Of a DNA stretch of 64,000 nucleotides, positions 32,567-44,325 are shown piece by piece (the first letter of the stretch is position 1; every line of letters starts with the position of its first letter). This stretch comes from the human T2T-CHM13v2.0 reference genome, Homo sapiens. The stretch lies in NCBI RefSeq assembly GCF_009914755.1, contig NC_060937.1. One strand, 5' to 3'. The notes under the pieces were generated by a model. The model ran no database searches. It had not been told where the DNA came from and was given only the letters and a program-made list of their open reading frames with translations. The position numbers and the translations under genes were made by a program.

Positions 32567-33824
32567 TTCTAGCCCATGAATTGAATTGTCATCAAAGTAT
32601 AAAATAATGAAATTATATAAAATACACCCTATTAACAGTATGTAATTAAGCTTAAAAAAGTAACACAAAGGTAACTGTGAAAAATCCCCGTCTGCTTGAA
32701 AATTATATACTGTACTTTTCAATAGTCCATGAAACAAAGAAGAAAAGTTGATAGAAATCAATATATTTAGAATTAAAAATTGTTTAAGATGCAGATTTCC
32801 AAATGTGCAAAATAGAATTAAAGTTGAGTTCGGAGAAAAGAGAAATATAGCTTTTAATGCATCTAATGGGAAAAATACAGAATGAATAAATTAATATTTA
32901 AAAGTTAGAAAAAGTGTAAGGAATTACTTCAAAGAAAACAAAGGAAACCAAACAATAAAGAGAACTGAATAGGACTGAAAAAAGTATGAGTTTTAAACTA
33001 TTTTTGAAAAAAGTATATGAATTTAAAACTATTTATGATTTTAAAAAACAGCAAAAAATGAGAGAATTTTATGTGATAAAGTATCTACAACTGGGGATCA
33101 AAAAGTACTGGAAACATTTAAAATAAGAGAGAAGGCAAAACAAAGCAGTATTAGAAAATAGGACATCATCATAGACTCTGCAGTAATTGAAAAGACAATG
33201 AGAAGACATTGTAGCAAATTTTACATAAATCATGCTGAAAATTGAGGTGAAATGAACAAATTTCTAGAAAGACAATTTACAAAATATGACAGAAGTAGAA
33301 TATTTAATCCTTTATCAAAAATAATGAATAATGAATCTAAAGTTGAAACCTTTTTATTTAGAAAACTGAAGGTATATGACTTTGCTGCTGAAATCCAACA
33401 AATGCTAAGGCAAGATATAATGCCAGTTTTACATAAAATATTGATAGAAAACTCTAATAAGTGATAATACTTCCAGATATATAAGTTCAAAACAACTTTA
33501 CAGTTTAATTACAGGAAAGGTAAATCACTGACAAATATCGGTCATAAATAATAAATTATAAACAAAATTACTTTTGCAGTATATACAAATTATGCTATAT
33601 CATGATCAAGTAGGATTCATTTCAGAAAGGTAATATTATTTAACATCCTAATATCACTCAGTGTAAGTCACTAATGGGAACAAAGCAAAATTTAAAAACT
33701 GTGTGATTATTACCTTAACAGATAAGGAATAAAGTAGTTTAGAAAAAAATGTGTATGTGTATCAATTTATATTAATAGCTTTTAGAAAACTAAGGATAGA
33801 ATGCTGTATCCTTGATCTACCAAA

Positions 33825-34173
33825 GGGTATCTACTAATCACCCAGAGAAAACATTTTACTTAATGCTAAGATGTTAATTGATTTCTCCTTGACATACCAA
33901 TTATATACAATATTGTGCACAATTACATAATACTAGACTGAGACTATACTAGACTGAGACTAGACTGAGACTAGACTAGACTGAGACTGGGTATCTACTA
34001 ATCACCCAGAGAAACATTATACTTAATGATATCATTATCTTAATGATCAAATGTTAATTGATTTCTCCTTGATGTACCAATTATATGCAATATTGTACAC
34101 GACTATATTATACTAGACTGAGACATAGGACAGGAATAGTAGACTGAGAAATACAAGACTGAGACATAGGACA
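33825..34173. repeat. ~120-bp tandem duplication with (CTAGACTGAGA)-type micro-repeats
   Basis: Copies at 33825-33944 and 33989-34124 both begin gggtatctactaatcacccagagaaa and end atactagactgagac. Confidence 0.95.
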
Positions 34174-35232
34174 CAAAAAATAAATGAAATACATAAGACA
34201 TGGTAAGTAAGCAATTTTTTAAAAATTTTTAAATTTTTTAAATTTTTAAATATTTTTAAAATATTGTATTAAATGATTGTGAATTAAAATTCACAAAAAT
34301 CTATACATTTTAGTTAAACCAGTAAGTATATTTAGCAGGGTGGCTGTACCCAATATTAACATAACAGAATCAATTATATTTATAGATATTAACAAGTTGG
34401 AACACAATTTTTTAACATTATAGCATGTATAGTACTATTAATAATTTTTAAATACCCAGGAATAAATATATATTCAGAAATATCTGTTAAAGTAAGCCTT
34501 TTTACAGAAATTCATAAGAGGTATTTCAGATAAAATTTTAAAGACCACTAAAGAGAGAGATCTAACATGTTTGTGGAAGATTAATATTCTAAAGATATTA
34601 TTTTCTTTCAAATTTATGCATAGTTTAAGGTAATGTTATTCAAAAACCAAGAGTATTTTTATGGAAATTGACAAGTTGATTGAAACATTTATATAAAAAT
34701 AGAGATAGCCAAAAACAGCCAAAGAGTCCTAAAAATGAACAATGTGTGAGGACTTACATGGCCAGATGAGCATGAAGCAACACTAAATTGCATCATATTG
34801 GGTTAGTATAGATGGTTATACCAATGGAGCGGAGCAGACCCACATACAGATCATTACTTCATGTACAAAGAAGCTCTCACTGTGTTGAAGTGGCAAGAGA
34901 GTGGCCTTCTCAAAAAGAGTAGACTTTGGCAGTGGCATAATCAGCTTAGTTGGTATTGTGAACACTTCTCTACTGTATAAGACAATTATTTTTGGTAATA
35001 TCGACTAAAATTAATATACTAATGGGTTGAAGTAAATACAGACATCAACATTTTTAAATGGAGTTTTGTCATATACAATTATATACGACCATAGCAAACA
35101 GAAAGTGAGCTATGGGTCAAAAGTGGAATAAAAGCCTGCCTTTCTGTTTTATCAGACACAATGCCAACCCCTGTTTTGAGAAAATTAATTTGTTTATGCA
35201 AATTTAGGAGATCTAATAATATTGATAACTTC

Positions 35233-35518
35233 TTTTTTTTTTTTTTTTTTTTAAGACAGTCTCACCCTGTCACCCAGGCTGGTGTGATCTCAGCTTACTG
35301 CAACCTCTGCCTCTGGGGTTCAAGCAATCTCTGCCTCAGCCTCCCAAGTAGCTGGGATTGCAGGCGCCCGCCACCACGCCAGGTTAATTTTTGTATTTTT
35401 AGTAGAGATGGGGTTTCACCATCTTGACCAGGCAGACCTTGAGCTCCTGAACTCGTGATCCACCTGCTTTGGCCTCCCAAAGTGCTGGGATTACAGGTGT
35501 GAGCCACTGTGCCCAGCC
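35233..35518 (-). mobile_element. AluSx/Sz-like, near full length
   Basis: Poly(T) followed by antisense Alu ending gtgagccactgtgcccagcc. TSD acttctttt (35228-35236 / 35520-35528). ~10-bp internal deletion. Confidence 0.96.
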
Positions 35519-35659
35519 TACTTCTTTTCCTTAATATTGCCAACATTAGTTGAGGACCTACCTTGTGTAGAATGAGAAATTAAATTCTGAGGTTATCTAA
35601 ATCGAGAAAACCATGTCACATAGAGGAGCTCTGTGGAAACTGAATGATTAGGTTAAAAA

Positions 35660-35850
35660 GCAGAGCAATGAGAGTATGACTTTCGGATTTGGCAGATAGG
35701 ATTTCAGATTCTGACAATTTCATTTAGGGGCTGTTAGTATTTAGACAAGTTAGTGAACTGCTTTTTGTCTTAGTTTCCTCATCTGTGAAATGAGGATCAA
35801 CGGCAAGGGATGGAACAGGGGCAGGACTTTTGTAAGGATGTAAAGTTCAG
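35660..35850 (+). mobile_element. MIR SINE
   Basis: 'ttagacaagttagtgaac...tgtcttagtttcctcatctgtgaaatgaggat'. Confidence 0.75.
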
Positions 35851-36648
35851 GAAACTGTAGACAATATCCACAGGTGTTATTTTAATTAAAGTCCCTATTT
35901 CCCATGAATGCGTAGTAAGGAGGCACACACCACTCCATCACTGGACTCCTTTCCTTCCTAAAATATTGGCTTAAAGTTAATGCTGACAAATTCCAGTCAT
36001 ATATAACAAGTGTCTGAAAATGAAACCATCTACTTCTATATACAGTGAGGACACGGAACTCTAAAATTATCTACTCCCCACAGAACTTATTCTATATTTG
36101 GTATGACTTTACCATTCTTACAACTTCTTGTCCAGGCAAATAGCTCGATTGTGCATTAGAAAAACTAACCATCAACTCTTCAGTAGAAAGCATTGGCCAT
36201 TTGTGTCCTGAGATTCTTTGAATCTCCTGCCTGTGAAAGTACTTGCTGCTGTCCTTACCCAATCTTGAGCCCACTGTCCCCACCAAGAGGGTTGCTTGGC
36301 AAGTGTAAGAGATGGAACACCAGCAAAGTTACATGGGATATGTTTGATTGAGGATTCTTTGCTTGAGGGGTATTCATGTAGCTTCAAGAAAGTATAGCAC
36401 AGTTTTCTAGTATTGACATATTTTAAATAAAATGATATTGATTTAGAGCTTTTTAAGTGTTCTGAAATACTTTAAAAAGGCAGGTCTCTTTTTAGGATCA
36501 AGGATAATTTTATATAAAATCAAGTAGTTGATGTTAAAAAATACAAGAGTTGTATTATTGGCCAAAGAAATCAGATAAATATGTATGACTGGGGCCCTTT
36601 GGGTGGGCTTTAGAACTTTGCAGGAAAGATCTACTTTAAAAAGTCTCA

Positions 36649-37056
<408 letters not shown>

Positions 37057-40000
37057 TCAAAGCTGTCTAGAGAGCAATTTTGGTTTGGAGTCAGTCTGCT
37101 CTTCCTGCATGAATCCCATTTCAAAACCAAAACTTTCACACAGGAAACCAAACATTTATATTCTACATTTTTGTTCCTTTTATTGCATTTTGGGGGAGCA
37201 TTACCTCACTTTATGTCAATTTATATAGTACATTAAATGCTGTAAATTACCATAAAATGAAACAACACATCAAACAGTGATATTGGAACAATAAATCATT
37301 ACTATTTCCTACTGCAAACAGATGTTCTTATTTTTAGGCCCATGCCAACATTCATTTTGTTCTTCCAGATTGTAGAGCCAAACTTTAAATTTTCTCGTTA
37401 TCAAAATGAACTATTATATTCACGCTGTCATTTATAAGCTGAGCAAAATGAGTTGCTCAGGCAGTCAAGGTAAATCAAATTGCGTACATCATTCTTCCAC
37501 AATTGGCTTCCAATACGTCAGAATTTAAATCAGCAAAGATGAAACTGCGATAGACTCTAAATGATGATCTTATTTGACATCATTAAGTAAAGATGACATT
37601 TTAACTTCTGTTGAAAGATCGTTATATATGATTTAAGCAGTGATAGTTTTGCCAGAGCATCACAGTTTATGTCTACAAAATCAGGCTTGGTGTCTTTTAG
37701 CCTTTGGGAACGGTGTGTCACTGATCAGAAAAGGAAGCACTAGACAGCAGGCTGTGGGTGTCAATGCTTAATGTTTGTTCCTCAAATTCATCAAGATCTT
37801 TTTCTCACCACCTCTTCCCCTGACTTCTTTTTATAAAATTGGAGCCTTATTTATGTGACTCACCAGGTAGAGCAGCAATAGGCAGACTGACAAACAGATA
37901 AAAGATTTTATGTCTACAGGCAAGGGGTTGGGTAGATGAGAAGGATATATTTGCAAAATGTCAAAGATGTTAGCTTAGAGATCCATCTGAAGAACACAGA
38001 TCAATAGAGTTCACTGGAGGAAAATCAAACAAACAATTGAGACAGGACTATGTGTTGGAAGCATGGAAAACCATACCCAAAAAGGAATTTCACTTGTAAG
38101 GCACGAAACCTCCACTACCAAATATTCCGTATGTAGCTACTTCAGCCCAGAATTTGAGATATTTTCAATTTTTCTTTAGTGTGTTTCTAGGTTGATGAGT
38201 ATGAGATTGAGTGGAGTGTGTTTGAAAGTATTTTAAAAGGTGTAATTCAGGAATCAATTCAATAACATCATAGGATTATTGCTTGTTTTGGTTTATTTTG
38301 TTTTACGTGTTCAGGGTAAGGGCTACTCTGAAATAATTTACACTGGAACTTGTGAGGTATAAAACATGAAAAGGCACATCTTTCCATTGACAAAACTATG
38401 GCCAGAAATTTTGGTTTTAGATGCAAACATTAGTTTCGGAATGCTCTAAAATATTTTGTGAAAGTTTCTCAGTTTTACTCCCCTTTCATTTGTTACATCA
38501 GTTGTATCCTTCCTGTCTACAGGCTCTTCTATTTTCTTGCTTATTTTCTCATCTAATTTTCCCTTTTTCCCTCTCTTCCCAGTCCCCCTTTCTTTCTTCA
38601 TTTTCCTCTACACAAAATAATCTTCTACTGTGCTTTCCAGATAGCAGACTTAAAGACTAATACACCTTCTTCTCCCTAAATAAGGAGAGAAACATCTTCA
38701 GGATAATTGTTAAAATTTATAAACTGGGCAATGAGTGCCAACAATTATCAGTGGGATGCAGGATGAGGGATGGCACAGGTGCACGTCAGACGCCTGTCAG
38801 CAGAGAATTGCATCGTAATTTTTAAAAATTGATAGAAGAGAAGAAAACTTTGAATTTTTAAAGTATTATTTATTACTATTATTATTAACAATCATTGTTC
38901 ATATAAATTATATTTAAGAGAGTAAGCCCTAAAGACAATACGTATGTTACAGAAAAGTTGATATCTTAGAAACGAGGAAATGTCATTATTTAATGTAATT
39001 TATATTCAGTATGGAAATCTATTATCTTGAGATATATTTAACAGGAATTAAAACAGAAGACTTCATCTTCTGAATGCGATTGAGTTTGTTTCTATTGCCA
39101 TTGAAAATTATTTCAAACGGTCTTATAAGAAATATATTCACATCATCTTGAGATAAAATTTGTTTACACATTAAATACATCTAGAATCATTCACTCTTTC
39201 AACTTACCATAATTTCCTAAAATGCATGGAAACAAACAGCTCAGCACAGCAGTTACTGAAAAGAATTGATGTGACTTCCCAATGTAACTAAATTAAAACC
39301 AGAAAGTAATTTATACTCCCTGATTCTATGCTGTGTTTTGTATAGAAAGTGAGACTTTTAAAAAAAATCATTTAGTTTACTTGGAAAAAATGTTCAAGCT
39401 CTGTTATTTTCCATGGAGATTTCAAGAGTGAATCTGTCAGTTCTATAAGCAATTCATAATGTGATCAAATGAAGGATTAAAAAAACCGTGAGTGGGATTT
39501 TCTTCACCTGTAATAAATACCCTGACGCCTCTTCCCCCTGCCACCAGGAAGTGTTGCATTTTCTGACTTGTGTAATTTTTTTCATGGTGTTGTCCTCTTT
39601 TCATAAAACTGACCATCACATCAAGAAACATGCAAATACTCATCTTGGGTCTCATAAAGTTAAGATTAAGTAAACACTCAATTTGATGCAATGAATAATC
39701 TCCAAAACATGTAATGAATATACCTTTGTGTTTTATGAATATTAAGCAATGATAAAACAATAAAACTGGTAATTATAGCCAGAGTACCACCAGTCAGGAA
39801 TTGTCTTCAATTTTCAGGTGGAGGCTCTCTATTTTCTACAATGGAGCATCATTGGCACGAAGGGATTCCTATGGCAAAACACATACTTAAGGAATCTGTA
39901 AATAAGCAAATATTTATCAAATGCTTACTGACATGATTTTTGTCCTGAAGGAGCATAATTTAGTTGGGCTGACAAAAATAACAAGGAACAGAGCACAATG

Positions 40001-41851
40001 AAAAGCACGCTGTGAAATGCTGGCACAACACCTACCATGAAATTTGCAGCTGCTCAAGGGAGAGACGAAGAGGATCAGGTTGTTACAGAAATGAGACTTG
40101 GACTGTCTGTGAAAAGATCTATATGATTCTGGTAAGGAAGACAGGAAAGTAAAATACTTCAAACAAGGGAAATACAGGGCAGAGGAAGCTGAACTGACCA
40201 TGTGTCAGGATTGTATTAGGGAATAATGACTAGATCATAGGACACTGTAACAACCTTTTTAAAATACATTTTAGAAAATGTGTAAGCAACTTAAAAAATT
40301 GTGATAGGATTAATAATATGCTTTTGCCCCCAGACTGAATGGGTGTAAGAACTTTAAATCTTTAGTATAACAGTTTGTAAGAACAACGATGTCAGGAAGT
40401 CATCCAGTATGGAAAGAATTGTAAAATTTCTGTGACTAAGCCATGTTTGGACAGAATATAAAAACCAGATCTTGGATTTCCATAGATCAACGGTGAATGT
40501 ATAAACTATAAATGGGACTAAATAACCTATTTCAGAAGTCATTTTTGTAATTCTAATTTTTCTTGTTTTTTTATATTTTTCAAATAACTTGTATTTTTGT
40601 CTCAGGTTTCAGTCATCACACAACCAATCATTCTGGATGTAAATACGTAAATCATATCTTCAAAAAAAAATCACTTGCATGAGGTATTACAAGAAAGTAT
40701 TTGAAAAAAATTGGTTTGATCTAAGAACAATTTTTGTATTTAAAAAGTAATCTTTAATTTTAGCTTCTACACTCTGAGATTTCTTAGAAATTTTATGAAT
40801 TTAAAATAACAGCAATTAATTGACTAGCTACTGGATTGGGCTCAGACTTAGATATTTTCTCTTAATTTTTTATGTATTTATGTTAATGAATTAATCATAA
40901 TGTTTATTATAGTGATCATTTGAAATAAATAAGGATGTTCTGAATTATGATGATGATATTTTAGTACTTCATTAAAGCAATATAAATAGAATGATATTAT
41001 TTCTTATTATTTTATATTGATTTTAATGAGTTCCTCTTCTTATTCTCTTTGAAACTGGACTGAATGTATACATGCAAACAATCTAAATTCTTATGTTACT
41101 ATTTACACTAGGATGACCCTCATTATGTTTTTTCCTTTTTGCATGCAACCTAAATATCTCCAGTTCTTACCAGATTATGTTACATTTTATTATGTGAACA
41201 TTAACACAGGTTTTCTTTACCTTGTAAACCCTGAACTTGCATAATTGGATTTCTTTTCCTCCCTAAACATTTCTAGTTATTTCTGGGAGTCCACAGGTGT
41301 CTCGTGACCAATTTGTCTCCTGTTTCTCTCATTGCTGTGAATACTAGATATGACAAATTGTGTTAACATTCAGTTCTCGCTGTGACAGATGTGTATCAGA
41401 GTTTATAAAAACCACAAGGCAAATACTTCTTCCTAACACTATGCTTCACTGTGATCTTAGGTTTCTCAGCCCCACTATGTCAATTTTAGTAAATTTATTC
41501 AGTTCTAGTTCATCTTCAATAAAATTGAATAATAATAAAAATAAAGTATATAAATCCAGTGAGCATAACAGGAATGGATATGATGAATTCATCCCTACAT
41601 ACACGTAAGTACAGATGCTTTCCCCTCCTTAACACTAGACACTGCCTCAATATCATCTACAGTCCTATAAACTTTGTTCTTCTTGAAGTCTAAAGCATTT
41701 CTTCAAGCAAAGGCCTTTCAATTAAGTAATTAAGTGGAAATTACCAGACTTAAGGGCCCAAATATTAATTTAAACTCTTCCAGCAATTATACATTTTATC
41801 AATTAAACTAAAATGTCTTGTAGTTGGTTATAGGTTTTTGCATGTGAATTA

Positions 41852-41901
41852 TTATGTTGGTGCAAAAATTTGTGCAGTTTTTGCCATTAAAAGTAATGGC
41901 A
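41852..41901. mobile_element. MADE1 mariner MITE, partial (one TIR plus centre)
   Basis: ttatgttggtgcaaaaatttgtgcagtttttgccattaaaagtaatggca versus consensus TTAGGTTGGTGCAAAAGTAATTGCGGTTTTTGCCATTA...TAATGGCA. Confidence 0.8.
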
Positions 41902-42212
41902 TCTTCTAAATTTAGAACTATCTTAATTTGTCAAGTTAAACGTGTTCTGTATATTTGAGTAAAACCATCTTTGATGACAATTCTGTGACCTGTGTAAGTC
42001 ACCTATTCAGTATTATTTGCTGTATACTCAGCCTAACATGGTAGGCTTTGGCTATGGTCTGTTTGTTTTTACAAACAACCTGAACATACAGGAAGGACTT
42101 CACAACCCACACGGTCTCTCTGTTTGACAATGCTATTCTGAAATAATGTAGTAATTTTTACCTAATGTTTCACTGCATTCATTAAAGATTGATTTACTGA
42201 TCACCTATTATA

Positions 42213-43504
42213 TGAGGAGGCTTCAAAAAGTTCATGAAAAAAATGAATTAAAAGGTAAAATGAAAAGATAAGCTTTATTTCTTCATATTAGATCCATCAA
42301 GTTCAAGACACCTTCTTGAAAGTGCGGATACCGGTCATTTAGTCCATTCCTAAAGAACCGAGGTCCCTGAGAATTTAACCATGTCAATGCAGTCTTTTCT
42401 ACATTATTAACTGGAGACAAATAGTTGTCCCTTAAAGATTTTTCAAGATTAAGAAACATAAAAAAGTCACAAGAAGTCAAATCAAGACTGTAAGATGGAT
42501 GTCTAATGATTGCTCATGGAAACTCTTGCAAGATTGCGCTTGTTTGATAAGATGAATGAGCAGGTGGGGACTCTCTGTTGAAGTTTTCCTGAGCATTTTT
42601 CTGCTAAAGCTTTGGCCAACTTTCTCAAAATGCTCTCATAATCAGAAAATGTTATCATTTTTCAGTCCTTTGGGAAGTCAACAAGCCAAATGCTTTGAGC
42701 ATACCAAAAAACTGTTGCCATAAATTTTGCTCTTGAAGAGTCTGATTTTGGTTTGACTGGCCCATTTCCACCTCTTGGTAGCCATTGCTTTGATTGTGCT
42801 TTGTCTTCGGGATTATACTGGTAAAGCCGTATTTCATCTCCTGTTACAATTATTTGAAGAAATGCTTCAGAATCTTGATCTCACTTATTTAAAATTTCCA
42901 TTGAGAGCTCTGCTTTTGTCTGCAGCTGATCTGAGCACAATTATTTTGGGACCCATGAAGCAGAAAATTTACTCAATTTTATTTTTTTAGTCATAATTGT
43001 GTAAGCTGAAGCAAGTAAGACATCTATGGTATTGGCTTTGTTTCTGCTATTAATCATTCGTCCTATTCAGTTAGGGGACAAACAAGATGATTTTTTTTCT
43101 GGCAAATTGATGTGAATGGTCTGTCACTGTAGACTTCAGGACGTCAGTTTAATTTTGACCCTTCCTATAATGAGTTATCCATTTGTAGATTGCTGATTTC
43201 TTTGGTGGCATGGTCCCCATAAAGTTTTCATAAAGCATTAATGATTTCACTATTCTTCTACCCAATCTTCATCATATATTTGATGTTTATTCTTGCTTCA
43301 ATTTTAGTAGAATTTGTGTTGCTTTCATAGGGACTCTTTGCAAACAGATGTCTCATCCTATTTAGTGCCTCAAACTAGATTCTGTTCAGTCATGTTACAA
43401 GTTAATATGAGTCTATAATGCTACAAGAAAAACATTTAAAGTCATTAAAGGATCATTTTTTCATAGGACACATTTTCCATAAACAACTTTTTGAAGACTG
43501 ATCG
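42213..43504 (-). mobile_element. HSMAR2 mariner transposon, near full length, transposase pseudogene
   Basis: TIRs TGAGGAGGCTTCAAAAAGTTCATG ... AACTTTTTGAAGACTGATCG with TA on both sides (42211-42212, 43505-43506). The minus strand encodes VTGDEIRLYQYNPEDKAQSKQWLPRG and DFFMFLNLEKSL...TALTWLNSQ fragments. Confidence 0.93.
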
Positions 43505-44127
43505 TAGTCCAGGCACTATCCTATTTCAGGTCCAACCATATTCAGGTTGTTCTATGCTTCTCAGGTTTCAATTTAAGCCAAAGCCATGTAGCATCACAAC
43601 GTGATGGGGCAGTAGACTAAAGGCATTCATTCACTCAAGCATCCGTCCCTGCAATGTATACTTGTTGAATAAACAGTTTCATCTGGGAACATTGTAGGTT
43701 TGGGACATGCTTATAGGCATTTACGTATTTTAAGAAAAGAAGAAAGAAGCATGAGAAGAACAATTGGGAGAAACAGAGGATTAATAAGATGAGAAGTAAC
43801 TGAAGCAGTATTTCCCTCAACTTAAGAATGTTGTGTAGGCCTACTGATTCATTCATGAAATCTCACTGATGGAGTGGATGGATGAATCAGGTACAACTTG
43901 TACATTCATTTTACTGGCGAACAAACCAAGGTTTAATGTGTTTAGGTAATTTTTCCAAAGACTAGTATGATAGTGGAGTTCTAATTTGAACCAAGGGTTA
44001 TCTGACACTAGATAATTCTGTATGAAGTAATAAACATGTAAATGAATGACTAAAAAAAATGAATCTCTGCTGAACATATCAGATCATACATTCATTCACC
44101 CTCTTAGCATATAAATATCCTGAAAAA

Positions 44128-44325
44128 GAAGTTAGCAAACTTCTTTTTTTCCGAAGGGCCAGGCAGTAAATATTTTAGGCATTGTGGGCTATATGTCTCT
44201 TGACAACTCTTAATTCTGTCTTTGTAACAGGGAAGCAGACATACACAATACACACACACACACGCACACACACAAGTGTGACTGTGTTTCAGTGAAGCTT
44301 TATTTACCATAACAGGTCCTTGCCA
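44128..44325. mobile_element. MER58A hAT-Charlie MITE with internal (CA)n
   Basis: 'agcaaactt...aagggccaggcagtaaatattttaggcattgtgggc...gtgtgactgtgtttcagtgaagctttatttac'. Confidence 0.85.

Larger units (their letters stand above)
31180..34930 (+). mobile_element. Ancient L1M LINE-1 remnant (ORF1/ORF2 region), fragmented
   Basis: A-rich sense strand. ORF 33252-33464 (MNKFLE...DFAAEIQQMLRQDIMPVLHKI) resembles ORF2p EMDKFLE...[21 protein letters not shown]. Also 'catgatcaagtaggattcatttcag' (HDQVGFI) and 'tggaaattgacaagttgat'. Boundaries approximate. Confidence 0.8.

Noticed and set aside
33931-34165. Repeated agactgaga units as a CRISPR-like array
   Set aside because: Units are short and irregular, there are no uniform unique spacers and no cas genes, and the context is primate DNA.
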